Assembly (NCBI GenBank): GCA_043821645.1
Contig: JBDRCO010000023.1
Coordinates: forward strand, 96,001-160,000
Source: Pseudomonadota bacterium
Lineage (GTDB): Bacteria > Myxococcota > JACRCW01 > JAFGSX01
Direction: 5' to 3'
Length of the DNA: 64,000 bases
Shown here piece by piece: positions 18,940-29,092 of the stretch. The position numbers and the translations under genes were made by a program. Positions within the stretch are counted from its first letter, which is position 1, and each line of letters opens with the position of its first letter. The notes under the pieces were generated by a model. The model was not told the DNA's origin, searched no databases, and saw only the letters and a list, made by a program, of their open reading frames with translations.

Positions 18940-21792
18940 ATGCGCGCCGGTATCGCCATGGCACTCCTGCTCTGCACTGCCCCGGCGCGAGCTGTTGCCC
19001 CGCTCCAGGACTGGCACAGCCTGCCCAGCGCGTGTTGCGACGTGCACTACCCCGCGCGCCTGGAGGCGCTGGCGCGCCGGGTGGCCGTGATCGCCGACGA
19101 GGCCGACACCGCGGTCGCGGGGCTGCTCGGTGCCCGGCCCAGCGATCGCGTCCAGATCGTCCTCGAGGACGAGTCTGACTACGCCAATGGCTGGGCGCTC
19201 ACGGTTCCGTACAACACCCTGCACGTCTATGCCGTGGCACCCGACGATCTTTCTCCCCTCGGCGACAGCGACGACTGGCTGCGTGGCCTGGTGCTGCACG
19301 AGTACACCCACATCGTGCACATGGACACCGTGGGCGGCGTGCCCCGCGCCGTGCAGCGCATCATCGGCAAGCAGTGGTCGCCCAACCAGGTGCAGCCCAG
19401 GTGGTTCATCGAGGGCCTGGCCATCTACGTCGAGTCGCGCTTCTCGACGGGTGGCCGCGTGCGAAGTTCGGTCTATGACATGTACCTGCGCGCGGCAGCC
19501 CTCGAGGACAGATTGTGGTCCCTGAACGCCCTGAGCAGTGAGGGGCGGGCGTTTCCACGAGGCTCGGCGCCCTATCTGTACGGCGGTCGCTTTCTCGCCT
19601 ACCTGGCGGAACGCCGGGGCGAGGCCATCTTCGCGGACATCTCGGCACGCTACGGCGCGCAGCTGGTGCCCTTCGGTCTCAATCGCGCCGGCGCGGAGGC
19701 TCTGGGTGAAAGCTACGACGTGCTGTACCAGGACTTCCTGAACGCTCTGCGCGAGCGTGCCGGGCAGGTCCGCGACCGTGTGCAGTCCCTGGGCCCCGAC
19801 GCCAGCGTGCGCCGCACGCACCTCGGCGAGACCGTGTCCGATCCCGTGCGCCTTCCCTCCGGTGAGGTGCTGTTCTTTGCCGCTCCTGCGGACGACAGCG
19901 CCGGCCTGTACAGGCTTCGACCCGGTCAGGCAGAGCCCGAGCGCCTGCTCGAGCTCCAGGGCGATGGCGGCATGAGCGTGCTTCCCGACGGGCGACTGCT
20001 GCTGTCACAGCCAGAGATCTTCGACGACCACTATGCCTTTCATGACCTGTACCTGGTGGACCCCGCCAGCGGACACCAGCAGCGCCTGACCCACGGTCTG
20101 CGTGCCGTCGAACCCGCGGCCTTTGCCGACGGGCGTCGCGCGCTGTTCGTGCGCCGGGACGCGAACCAGAGCGCCCTGGCCGAGATCGACCTGGAGCGGG
20201 GCACCGTGCGCGAGTTGCATCGCTTCGATGACGGCAGCCAGTTCTACACGCCGGCGATTGCGCCCGATGGCCGTTTCGCGGTGGTCAGCCTGTGGCGGCC
20301 GGGTGGCAACCGCGACCTGTGGCGCGTCGACCTGAACAGCGGGCAGCTGCTCGCCCTCACGGCGGATCGCGCCGCGGATCTGCATCCTGCGTTCTCTTCG
20401 AGCGGACGGCATGTCCTGTTCAGCAGCGACCGGGACGGCGTGTTCAACATCCACGCCCTGGAGCTGGCCAGCGGTCAGGTTCACCAGGTCACCAACGTCG
20501 TCACCGGAGCCTTCTTCCCACGTCCCAGCGCCAACGGTCGACTGCTCACCTTCGTGGGTTTCACCGCGGACGGTTTCGACCTGTACCAACTTGATGCCGA
20601 CAAGATCCTGGGCTACCCGTCGCCACCGAGCTATGACCGCGCGCTGTCGGTGCGCCAGCTCGGCAGCTCAGACAACGAGAGCAGCGGCTACAATCCACTC
20701 CCCACCCTGTGGCCCCACGCCTGGTATCCACTTTTCACCGGAGACCTCAGCGGGCCAGCGTTCGGTGCCGCGGTTGCAGGATCCGACGCGGTCGGCCTGC
20801 ACGAGGCCGCCGTGCAGGTGACCTGGGGCGCGAGCTCTGGACACCTCAATGCCGACCTCGGCTACGGCTACAACGATCTGCCGCTTCCCCTGCGGCTGAC
20901 CCTGCGCCGCACCGAGTACACCCAGAACGTCCGTCCCAACGTCGAGCTCGATGCCGTGCCCTCCACGATCCAGGGCTACGGTGTCGAGGTCACCACGCTG
21001 TGGCCCCGGGTACGCTGGCTGCGCAGCCACGTGTTCGGAGCCAGCTATGGCCTGACCTGGACACTGCGCCCCGATCCCCTGCCCTTCGAGCCAGACCTGG
21101 GTCGGCCCCTGGTCTCATGGACGGGCCGTACCGCAGCGCTCCGCCTGTTCTGGAGCTACCGCGACACTCGCCGCTTCGCCGACTCGGTGTCGACGGAGAG
21201 GGGCGTGGCGCTCGCCGCGTCGCTGCGCGTGGCCCATCCCTATCTTGGCTCGCAGGCCGAGTTCATCGAGGTCAGCGGCGACGCCCGGCTCTACCTTCAG
21301 GTGCCAGGCCTGCGGGGCCACGTGGTGGCGGTGCTGGCCCAGGGTGGGTATGCCGCGGGGCCTCGCGAGCAGCGTCGGCTGTATGCCGCAGGAGGCATCC
21401 CACAGCGCAATATCGTCGACGATCTGCTGCTGGGAGGTGGCGTCGGCGGAGGCTACCTTCGGGGCTATCCGGTGGCGGCCTTCGTCGGCGACGGCGCCCT
21501 CACTGGAAGTGTCGAGTACCGCTGGCCGCTGTGGACCGCGCAGTGGGGTTACTCGACGCTGCCGCTGTTCCTGGACCGCTTCTCGGCGGTCGCGTTTGGA
21601 GACCTTGGAGGTGCCTTCCTCGAGGTGCCGCGGGCCCAGGATCTCCTGCACCGGTCGGTGGGTGGTGAGCTGCGCGCGCGCGTCGTTCTTGGCTACCGCC
21701 TGCCCCTGGAACTCCGGCTGGGGCTGGCGCGTGGTCTTGATGAGCGAGGACTGGAGATCCAGCCCTATGCCGTGGTCGGTGCCAGCTACTGA
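18940..21792 (+). CDS. exported protein: gluzincin-like peptidase + TolB/PD40 propeller + Omp85-like beta-barrel
   Basis: Signal peptide; HEYTH...WFIEGLA; PAFSSSGR/PAIAPDGR repeats; YLRGYP, SVEYRWPL, AFGDLG barrel motifs; terminal aromatic residue. Confidence 0.8.
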   Translation: MRAGIAMALLLCTAPARAVAPLQDWHSLPSACCDVHYPARLEALARRVAVIADEADTAVAGLLGARPSDRVQIVLEDESDYANGWALTVPYNTLHVYAVAPDDLSPLGDSDDWLRGLVLHEYTHIVHMDTVGGVPRAVQRIIGKQWSPNQVQPRWFIEGLAIYVESRFSTGGRVRSSVYDMYLRAAALEDRLWSLNALSSEGRAFPRGSAPYLYGGRFLAYLAERRGEAIFADISARYGAQLVPFGLNRAGAEALGESYDVLYQDFLNALRERAGQVRDRVQSLGPDASVRRTHLGETVSDPVRLPSGEVLFFAAPADDSAGLYRLRPGQAEPERLLELQGDGGMSVLPDGRLLLSQPEIFDDHYAFHDLYLVDPASGHQQRLTHGLRAVEPAAFADGRRALFVRRDANQSALAEIDLERGTVRELHRFDDGSQFYTPAIAPDGRFAVVSLWRPGGNRDLWRVDLNSGQLLALTADRAADLHPAFSSSGRHVLFSSDRDGVFNIHALELASGQVHQVTNVVTGAFFPRPSANGRLLTFVGFTADGFDLYQLDADKILGYPSPPSYDRALSVRQLGSSDNESSGYNPLPTLWPHAWYPLFTGDLSGPAFGAAVAGSDAVGLHEAAVQVTWGASSGHLNADLGYGYNDLPLPLRLTLRRTEYTQNVRPNVELDAVPSTIQGYGVEVTTLWPRVRWLRSHVFGASYGLTWTLRPDPLPFEPDLGRPLVSWTGRTAALRLFWSYRDTRRFADSVSTERGVALAASLRVAHPYLGSQAEFIEVSGDARLYLQVPGLRGHVVAVLAQGGYAAGPREQRRLYAAGGIPQRNIVDDLLLGGGVGGGYLRGYPVAAFVGDGALTGSVEYRWPLWTAQWGYSTLPLFLDRFSAVAFGDLGGAFLEVPRAQDLLHRSVGGELRARVVLGYRLPLELRLGLARGLDERGLEIQPYAVVGASY

Positions 21793-21970
21793 AGGCATGC
21801 CAGGGGCGCAGATCGGCGCAGCCACGTCTTTGCCGCGACCAATGTCCGCGCTACACTGCCCGAGCATCGTGAGCGCTCAGCTGTGGAGGCCAGAGCACCG
21901 CGGTGATGTGGTCGGCGCGGCCACCCGGCCAGTGCCGGGGAGCCGAACGCCCCTGGGAGAGGATGCAACG

Positions 21971-22450
21971 ATGACAATGGGCGTTCTGGAGAGCATCACC
22001 GGCCACCTCAGCACTCTTCTCGACGAGAGGGCGAGTTTCGAGGCGCGCTACGGCAAGAAGGCTGTGGTGTTTCTCGAGCACCTGCCCGCCCTGTTCCGGC
22101 TGTTCCACCGGCTGACCTTCGAGTTCGCGCTAACCACACAGGCACGCCAGAAATCCGCATCGGTGGCGGTGTACATCGCCGAGCATCAGGACTTCGTGGG
22201 CGAGGCCACCCGTGGCGCCGAGGGCCTCATCGACGACGTCTGGATCGCCTACACCGTGCTTGCGCAGTTGCTCGAGACGGTCCCGGACGAGGTCCTGCGC
22301 GCACACTGGCGGTCCGAGGCATCGTTTGACGAGGTCACGGCCCTGGCTCCCAATGTGGGAACCCTCGACGACCTCGTTCCGTCACGGGTGCTGACCCTGG
22401 CTCGCCAGTTCCTGGGGCTCGAGGATCCCGAGGTCAGCGCCGAAGCGTGA
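21971..22450 (+). CDS. YkvA/DUF1232-like protein (divergent)
   Basis: YIAEHQDFVGE...GAEGLIDD resembles the Y..SP.D.IP...G.G..DD motif. Confidence 0.55.
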   Translation: MTMGVLESITGHLSTLLDERASFEARYGKKAVVFLEHLPALFRLFHRLTFEFALTTQARQKSASVAVYIAEHQDFVGEATRGAEGLIDDVWIAYTVLAQLLETVPDEVLRAHWRSEASFDEVTALAPNVGTLDDLVPSRVLTLARQFLGLEDPEVSAEA

Positions 22451-23468
22451 GGACCTCGTAGCGCGCACCCTTCTTCTCGAAGCTCACCACCATGGCCAGG
22501 CCCCGCGAGGTGCGGCCATCCAGCATGCCCCAGGGTGTGGCGGAGGCTGAGCCGACGTTGACGTGAAGCGTGCTGTGCACGGCGCCAGGCTTGGCAGCAT
22601 CGCCGCGTGTCAGGTTCGAGCAGCCGCGTCCCCCCGCCTCGAGGATGTGCCCGAAAAGTCCATAGTGTATCCCCGCGTCCTCGAGCATCTGAGCCAGGAG
22701 GGGATCTCCGACATGGCCTGCCTCGTGCGCGAGGTCAATGGCAGCAGGGCCGGTGGAACGTGGTGGCCCATGCCCGACCAGGACAGGCGTCCGCCCCTCC
22801 TGGTGCAGTGTCCCAGCAAGCTGGGCGAGTTCCTCGAGCGCCGAGGTCTTGTACTGGCAGCCCGAGCGCTGAGGCATGAAGACCCGGTCGTGGTAGCCGG
22901 GGAGGGAGAGGAGGTCGACACGCCCGAGGTCGACATGCCTCTGCCAGTTGAGGTTGAACAGGTTGGGGTGGTCTTTCTCCGCCGCCACAAAAGCGCGATT
23001 GAAACCTCCGCGGCCCTCGGAGTTGCCGATGAGCACGAACACGGGCAAGCCGCTGGCCCCGAGCTGTCGCATGACATCCTCGAGGTCAAACTGGTCCAGG
23101 GCCAGGTCGCCGTTCACCACGATGACATCGACCTGGCGCTGGCGGAACTGAGCCAGCGCCGTCTGCAGGTTGGCGCGGGTGTCGTCGTCGACCTCCTTGA
23201 TGGCGGAGAGCAGGCCGATCACCACCCGATCTGGAACGGGCCCGACCCGGCGCACCGAGCTGCCCTCGAGGACGAAGATCTGTTGTCCGATCTTGCGTTC
23301 GAGGGGTCGCGTCCGGGCCTCCAGGGCGGACGCACAGGTCAAGAGCTGATCTTTCTCGAACTCTGCCCAGCTCGGCAGGGCGGGAGCGGGAGTCGGTGCC
23401 GGCGACGACGTCGGCGCCTGTGACGGAGCCTGAGCCCACAGGGCAGCAGCGATGAGCGACGCGAGCAT
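22434..23468 (-). CDS. exported calcineurin-like metallophosphoesterase
   Basis: Signal peptide; NGDL, GNSE, HGPP, GHILE, NVGS motifs (first DxH motif degenerate). Confidence 0.72.
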   Translation of the reverse strand: MLASLIAAALWAQAPSQAPTSSPAPTPAPALPSWAEFEKDQLLTCASALEARTRPLERKIGQQIFVLEGSSVRRVGPVPDRVVIGLLSAIKEVDDDTRANLQTALAQFRQRQVDVIVVNGDLALDQFDLEDVMRQLGASGLPVFVLIGNSEGRGGFNRAFVAAEKDHPNLFNLNWQRHVDLGRVDLLSLPGYHDRVFMPQRSGCQYKTSALEELAQLAGTLHQEGRTPVLVGHGPPRSTGPAAIDLAHEAGHVGDPLLAQMLEDAGIHYGLFGHILEAGGRGCSNLTRGDAAKPGAVHSTLHVNVGSASATPWGMLDGRTSRGLAMVVSFEKKGARYEVLTLRR

Positions 23469-23496
23469 GAAGTCCTCCAGTACCGATCGCCGGGAG

Positions 23497-24081
23497 TCAG
23501 CTGCTCTTGTGCAGCAAGGGAAGGAGCTCGTTGAGAATCCAGGCGGTCAGCCCCCAGATCGGCGCAGGTCCGCCGGAGAACACCGGGAACACGAGTTCAC
23601 CCAGCGGCGTCTGGCGCGTTGTGGTCTCGACCCGCGAGGCCGGATCCGCCAGGTGGGCCAGGGGGACGCGAAACACCCGCGCGACCTCCCTGTCGTCGAG
23701 GACAGGCACAAATACGCCGTGCACCACCCCCACCACCGGAGTCACGTGGATGTGCGTGATCGAGACCGCGTCGTTGGCCAGGCCGAGCACCTGCACCTGG
23801 TGCGGGGGCAGGCCCACCTCCTCGTGCGCCTCGCGCAGGGCGGCCTCGACGACACCAGCATCCGAGGGTTCCACATGACCCCCGGGAAAGGCTACCTGAC
23901 CCTGGTGGGTATCCACCTGGTCCGTGCGCTGGGTGAACACAAGGGACCAGGCACCCTCCTCGTCGACAAGTGGCACCAGCACCGCGGCGCGCGGAAGCGC
24001 AGGAAGGTCCAGCTCGCGGCGTGCATGCTCGCGCAGACGTCGCGCCAGCAGTTCCTCGTCGCCGGGACCCAGTACTTCCAT
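23497..24081 (-). CDS. Nudix hydrolase, CoA pyrophosphatase family
   Basis: AAVLVPL, HQGQVAFPGG..E......AALREAHEEVGL, IWGLTA. Confidence 0.9.
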   Translation of the reverse strand: MEVLGPGDEELLARRLREHARRELDLPALPRAAVLVPLVDEEGAWSLVFTQRTDQVDTHQGQVAFPGGHVEPSDAGVVEAALREAHEEVGLPPHQVQVLGLANDAVSITHIHVTPVVGVVHGVFVPVLDDREVARVFRVPLAHLADPASRVETTTRQTPLGELVFPVFSGGPAPIWGLTAWILNELLPLLHKSS

Positions 24082-24147
24082 GGTGGCGAGGATGGCAAGG
24101 GGAACCCTGCCTGTCCAGGGCGGGGGGCCGCGGGTGGAGTCCCGGGC

Positions 24148-24993
24148 TCAGGTCAGCCAGAGCAGACCTGCCAGCCCGGCAACCACGCAGTACAGTCCAA
24201 ACACCCAGAAACCCTGCCAGCGCAGGACACGCAGCACCACAAGGATGGCGATCACTCCCGAGACAAAGGCCACCGCTGCGCCGGTGCCGACCGCGACCAG
24301 GTCCAGGGAGCTCAGCACCGCATGCCGGGCTTCGAGGATCACCGCCCCCAGGATCGCGGGAAGGCTCATCAAAAAAGAGATCCGCGCCGCACGCCCGGCG
24401 TCGATGCCGCGCCACAGCGCTGCCGCGATGGTGCTCCCCGAGCGCGATATCCCGGGCACGATGGCTAGGCCCTGCACCGTTCCGACGACCAGCGCGTCGA
24501 CCAGGGTGAGCCCGGTGCGACCCTTGCGATGGCGCAACGGCCAGGTGGAAAGCAGGATGGCCGCGGTGATCAGCAGCGCACCGGCCACCAGGCGTGGGCT
24601 CGCGAAGAGCGACTCGAACCACTCCTTGCCCAGGACGCCGATCAGGCCCGTCGGCAGTGTGGCCACCGCCACGAACAGAAACAGCTGCGCGTCCTCCTGC
24701 TCGGATCCGGGCGCCTCGGGCTGCCCCAGACCAAAGGCGGCCAGTCCCCGGGATGGCAGGGCGAGGCAGGCGCGCAGCCCGGCGGCCAGAGCCCGCCCCA
24801 GATCCCGAGCAAAGACCACCACCACCGCCAGCAAGGTGGCCAGATGCAGGATCAGGTCAAACAACACGTCCGAGGCTGCGGCCTCGAGACCGAGCAGCTG
24901 CCCGAACAGGACCAGGTGCCCGGACGACGAGACAGGCAGGAACTCGGTGAGACCTTGCACCAGGCCCAGGATGGCCGCGTCGAGGATGGTCAT
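24148..24993 (-). CDS. uppP: undecaprenyl-diphosphate phosphatase
   Basis: QGLTEFLPVSSSGHL, PGISRSGSTI; multiple TM segments. Confidence 0.95.
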   Translation of the reverse strand: MTILDAAILGLVQGLTEFLPVSSSGHLVLFGQLLGLEAAASDVLFDLILHLATLLAVVVVFARDLGRALAAGLRACLALPSRGLAAFGLGQPEAPGSEQEDAQLFLFVAVATLPTGLIGVLGKEWFESLFASPRLVAGALLITAAILLSTWPLRHRKGRTGLTLVDALVVGTVQGLAIVPGISRSGSTIAAALWRGIDAGRAARISFLMSLPAILGAVILEARHAVLSSLDLVAVGTGAAVAFVSGVIAILVVLRVLRWQGFWVFGLYCVVAGLAGLLWLT

Positions 24994-25048
24994 GGCTGGC
25001 TCGCGACCTGGACCTCACGCCCGGGCGAGAGGGAGGGGTCGGCCGAGA

Positions 25049-26323
25049 TCAGGCGTGCAGGGTGGTGGACGCCGTGAAGCCCATGGACTTCTTGTTCAGG
25101 CCATTGCCCTTCTTGGGAGAACGCTGCTTGGAGACTCTCTTTTTGCTACCGCCCTTGCCCAGGCCCGCGTCCGCACGCAGCGCCTTGGCGCGATGCGTCT
25201 TCTCCCAGCTGAACTCCTTTTCGCTGCGGCCGAAGTGGCCGTAGGCCGCGGTCTTCTCGTAAATAGGGCGAAGCAGGTTGAGGTCGCGGATGATGCCCTT
25301 GGGGGTCATGGGGACGTGCGCGCGCACGAGCTCGGCCAGGCGTGCCTCGTCGACGAGGCCCGTGCCGAAGGTCTCGACCATCACGCTCACGGGCTCGGCC
25401 ACACCGATGGCGTAGGCGAGCTGGACCTCGGCGCGTCGGGCCAGCCCTGCTGCGACGATGTTCTTGGCGATGTGGCGAGCCATGTAGGCCGCCGAGCGGT
25501 CCACCTTGGAGGGGTCCTTGCCACTGAAGCAGCCACCGCCGTGGCGACCCATGCCACCGTAGGTATCGACGATGATCTTGCGACCGGTGAGGCCGCAATC
25601 GCCCTGGGGACCACCGACCACGAAGCGCCCGGTGGGATTGACATACAGCTTGGTGTTCTTGTCTATCATGTGTGCTGGGATGATCTTTTTGATCACCTCG
25701 TCGATGATCGCCTCCTTGAGCACCCGGTACTTGACGTCGGGGGTGTGCTGCGTGGACACCACCACGGCATCGGCACGCACCGGCTTGCCGTCGACGTACT
25801 GCAAGGTCACCTGGCTCTTGCCGTCTGGGCGCAAGAAATCCAGGGAACCTGTCTTGCGGACCTCGGCCAGGCGCTGCGCGAGGCGGTGTGCGTAGTGAAT
25901 GGGCGCAGGCATGAGCTCGGGTGTCTCGTCGCAGGCGAAGCCAAACATCAGGCCCTGATCACCCGCGCCTTGCTCCTTGTACAGGCCGGCGCCCTCGCTC
26001 ACACCCTGGCTGATGTCCGGTGACTGCTTGTCGATGGCAACCAGCACACCGCAGGTCTCCCAATCGAAACCCATGTTGCTGTCGCTGTAGCCAATGCGCT
26101 TGATCGTGTTGCGCACGATCTCGGGCATGTCGACGTAGCATTTTGTGGTGATCTCGCCCGCGATCATGACGAAGCCGGTCTTGGCGATGGCCTCGCACGC
26201 CACGCGCGCCGCCTTGTCCTTGGCCAGGATGGCGTCGAGCACCGCATCGGAGATCTGGTCACAAACTTTGTCCGGGTGCCCCTCGGTGACCGACTCGGAC
26301 GTGAAAAGAAAATCCTTCAGCAT
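25049..26323 (-). CDS. metK: S-adenosylmethionine synthetase
   Basis: [35 protein letters not shown]. Confidence 0.98.
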   Translation of the reverse strand: MLKDFLFTSESVTEGHPDKVCDQISDAVLDAILAKDKAARVACEAIAKTGFVMIAGEITTKCYVDMPEIVRNTIKRIGYSDSNMGFDWETCGVLVAIDKQSPDISQGVSEGAGLYKEQGAGDQGLMFGFACDETPELMPAPIHYAHRLAQRLAEVRKTGSLDFLRPDGKSQVTLQYVDGKPVRADAVVVSTQHTPDVKYRVLKEAIIDEVIKKIIPAHMIDKNTKLYVNPTGRFVVGGPQGDCGLTGRKIIVDTYGGMGRHGGGCFSGKDPSKVDRSAAYMARHIAKNIVAAGLARRAEVQLAYAIGVAEPVSVMVETFGTGLVDEARLAELVRAHVPMTPKGIIRDLNLLRPIYEKTAAYGHFGRSEKEFSWEKTHRAKALRADAGLGKGGSKKRVSKQRSPKKGNGLNKKSMGFTASTTLHA

Positions 26324-26538
26324 TGTTCACTCTCCTCGGAGCCCCCGGCTCCGGATGGATGACATCAAGCGAACGGCTCACATGCCATCGCGCGCGGCCA
26401 GGTGTCAACCCACGCACCCCGGGCTGACGTGAAAAATCCCGTCTGAAACGAGAGCTCTATCCCCTGAGGCCAGGTGCCGGAATCCTTAGCAGCGCCGGAC
26501 CCACGACCGGTACCTGGGACCACCACGCGGGGCGCGGA

Positions 26539-27324
26539 TCAGCCATCGCTTGCGGGTGTACCCGGCACAGGGTCCCTCAGGCCGGCGCGCACGATGCGAA
26601 CAGCCGCGCATGCCGCACCAAAGCCATTGTCGATGTTAACCACGACCACGCCTTGGGCGCAGGAGTTGAGCATCCCCAGCAGAGCTGCAACGCCCCCGAA
26701 GGCCGCGCCGTACCCGACGCTGGTGGGAACGGCGATCACGGGTGCCGCGATCAAGCCTCCGACGACACTGGGCAGGGCTCCCTCCATGCCGGCGACGGCG
26801 ATCACGACCCGGGCGCGCTCGAGAACATCGAGGTGCGCCGTCAGCCGGTGCAGACCCGCCACACCGCAGTCCTCGATGCGCAAGACCTCGTGACCGAAGT
26901 GCTCGAGGGTCCGCTGCGCCTCCGCGGCCACGGGCCGATCCGAGGTGCCGGCCACCACCACGGCCACAGGCGGCTGCACGGCCACGGGCACGCGACGAGC
27001 GCAGAAGGTGCGCGCCTCGCTGTCGTGATGTCCCTCGGGGATCTCGTGCTGCAGGGCGGCTGCCTGGGCGCTGCTGACGCGGGTGGCGATCACGGAGCCA
27101 CTGCGTTGCCACATGGCCCGGGCTATTCCTGTGACCTGCTCGACGCTCTTGGGGCCAGCCAGGATGGCCTCGTCCAGTCCCCGGAACACCCCCCGGTGGT
27201 GATCCACCTGCGCATAACCCAGGTCTTCGTAGGGCAAGTGGTGCAGGCGTTCGAGGACGTGCTCCTCGTCGACGTCGCCTGCCCGCAGACGAGCCAGGAG
27301 TCCGCGCAGGTCGTCACGATTCAT
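26539..27324 (-). CDS. larB: nickel-pincer cofactor biosynthesis carboxylase/hydrolase LarB
   Basis: AGTSD, DCGVAGLHRL, AGMEGALPSVV, PTSVGYGA, VNIDNGFGAA. Confidence 0.92.
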   Translation of the reverse strand: MNRDDLRGLLARLRAGDVDEEHVLERLHHLPYEDLGYAQVDHHRGVFRGLDEAILAGPKSVEQVTGIARAMWQRSGSVIATRVSSAQAAALQHEIPEGHHDSEARTFCARRVPVAVQPPVAVVVAGTSDRPVAAEAQRTLEHFGHEVLRIEDCGVAGLHRLTAHLDVLERARVVIAVAGMEGALPSVVGGLIAAPVIAVPTSVGYGAAFGGVAALLGMLNSCAQGVVVVNIDNGFGAACAAVRIVRAGLRDPVPGTPASDG

Positions 27325-28180
27325 CGTGCACCTCGGCGACCGGCGACAGCGCCGGCACCACCTCGTTGAGACGACCCGAGCGAAAGCCCTCGAGATCGAC
27401 GGTGACGAAGGCGAAACCCGCGGCGCGCACGCCCTCCACCACGGCGCGGCGAAGGGTGGGTTCGAGCAGCCGCGACAGCTCCTCCATCCCCAGCTCCAGC
27501 CTGGCCACATCGCCGTGATAGCGAACGCGCACATCGAAAAAGCCCTGGTCCCGGACCACCGCCTCGGCCCGCTCGATCTGCTGCAGACGCTCCGCGTTGA
27601 TGATGGTCCCGTAGGGAAACCGCGAGGCGAGACATGCGAGTTGAGGTTTGTTCCACGTCGACAATCCAAGTTGACGCGAGGCCTCACGCACCTCGAACTT
27701 GGTGAACCCGGCCTCCGCCAGAGGAGCTCGCGCACCCAGCTCCGCCGCCGCGCGCTGGCCCGGGCGATGGGTGGCCAGCAGGTCATCCACATTGGCGCCG
27801 TAGAGCATGGTGGCCCCCCCGGCTTCCTCGGCGATCCGCCGCAGGACCGAGAACAGCTCGGTCTTGCAGTGATAGCAGCGGTCCGTGGCATTCGCGGTGT
27901 AGCCGGTGCGTTCGAGTTCGTGGGTCTGCACCACGACGTGGCGCGCTCCCATCTCGGCGGCCACCCGAACCGCGTCGTCCAGCTCGGCCTGTGCCAGCGA
28001 GGGAGAGCGCGCGGTGACGGCCAGACAGGGGCCAGCTCCGGAGGCCACAGCCAGGCGGAGCAACAGGGCCGAGTCCACCCCGCCCGAGAAGGCCACCACC
28101 ACCGGACCAAGGTCCGCGATGATGCGTCGGGCAGCTTCCATCTTCCGCTGCAACGTTCCGTCCGCAGTGTCCTGGGTCAT
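27314..28180 (-). CDS. larE: ATP-dependent sulfur transferase LarE
   Basis: PP-loop SGGVDS, RCYHCK, CLASRFPYG, RVRYHG, GFRSGRLN. Confidence 0.92.
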   Translation of the reverse strand: MTQDTADGTLQRKMEAARRIIADLGPVVVAFSGGVDSALLLRLAVASGAGPCLAVTARSPSLAQAELDDAVRVAAEMGARHVVVQTHELERTGYTANATDRCYHCKTELFSVLRRIAEEAGGATMLYGANVDDLLATHRPGQRAAAELGARAPLAEAGFTKFEVREASRQLGLSTWNKPQLACLASRFPYGTIINAERLQQIERAEAVVRDQGFFDVRVRYHGDVARLELGMEELSRLLEPTLRRAVVEGVRAAGFAFVTVDLEGFRSGRLNEVVPALSPVAEVHDES

Positions 28181-28288
28181 GTTTCTCTTGGTAGCGGTCT
28201 TGAGACCGTCCCGCAACTCCCCTCTCGAGCAATCTTGACCTTCATGCCCGGCTCTCTCGATAATGCAGGAACTCCCGGAGGGGGCGGC

Positions 28289-29092
28289 ATGCCAGGCATG
28301 GACGAACGGCAGAAGGCACTGGGCCAGGCACTGGTCAAGGCCACCAAGATGACCGAGCTCGGCGACGTCCTCAAGGGGCCCGAGCTGCTGTTTCTGTTCT
28401 CCAAAAAATTCAAGCAGCTCTATTCGGAGGACATCCTCAATCTCGAGCTGCTGTACCAGGAACTGCGCACGACCAAGGGTGTCGAGCTGGAGGTGCTGCA
28501 GGGATTCATGCTGTGGTTCAAGGATCAGGAAGGGAGTCTCAACGTTGGCATGCAGTTGCCCGCCGACCTCCTGATCATGAAGCCCGACAAGAAAGCGGCC
28601 CTCAAGAGCAAGATCTCCAAGCAGGTGGAGCAGCGGCTCGCGCTCAGCAGACCCGAAGCTCCCGTCCAGGCCCAGAAGGCCGAGAAGATCGTCTTCTCGG
28701 GGAGCGGGAAAAAATCGAGGTTCAGGCCCATTGGCGTGGCGATCGTGGGCATCCTGGCGCTCGCCTCGGTCTTCATCAACATCCAGCAGCGCATTCCTCC
28801 AAAACCAGAGCTCATACCGGTCACCGAAATCGATCTGGCGGCGCTCGGGCTGCCCGGCACGCTGAACCACAAGCAAGAGATTTACGTGCTCAAGGTGCCG
28901 CGCACCGATTGGGACCTGATCCCCAGGGAGCTGCAGAAGACCCGTCTGCGAGCGCTGCAGGCCTCCCTCGTCGGACTGGGTTTGGAGATCATCGTGGTCA
29001 CGGACGCCGTGACCTGGCGGACCCTGGTTGTCGGCGGCACGAACGACCTGGTGTTCCTGGCGAGCACTGGAGATGGATCCACCGGTCCCTAG
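28289..29092 (+). CDS. hypothetical single-TM membrane protein
   Basis: GGAGG RBS; coding-like codon usage; TM IGVAIVGILALASVFI. Confidence 0.7.
   Translation: MPGMDERQKALGQALVKATKMTELGDVLKGPELLFLFSKKFKQLYSEDILNLELLYQELRTTKGVELEVLQGFMLWFKDQEGSLNVGMQLPADLLIMKPDKKAALKSKISKQVEQRLALSRPEAPVQAQKAEKIVFSGSGKKSRFRPIGVAIVGILALASVFINIQQRIPPKPELIPVTEIDLAALGLPGTLNHKQEIYVLKVPRTDWDLIPRELQKTRLRALQASLVGLGLEIIVVTDAVTWRTLVVGGTNDLVFLASTGDGSTGP

Noticed and set aside
23924-26023. 699-aa + strand ORF and similar long ORFs (e.g. 5053..6633, 42238..43725, 56527..58020)
   Set aside because: These are antisense shadows of well-supported genes (uppP/metK, PLD, kinase, MBL), as expected in high-GC DNA.
26324-26538. 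SAM riboswitch upstream of metK
   Set aside because: No SAM-I/II core could be matched on the coding (minus) strand. Only a TTGACA hexamer and a short GC hairpin beside the RBS are visible.
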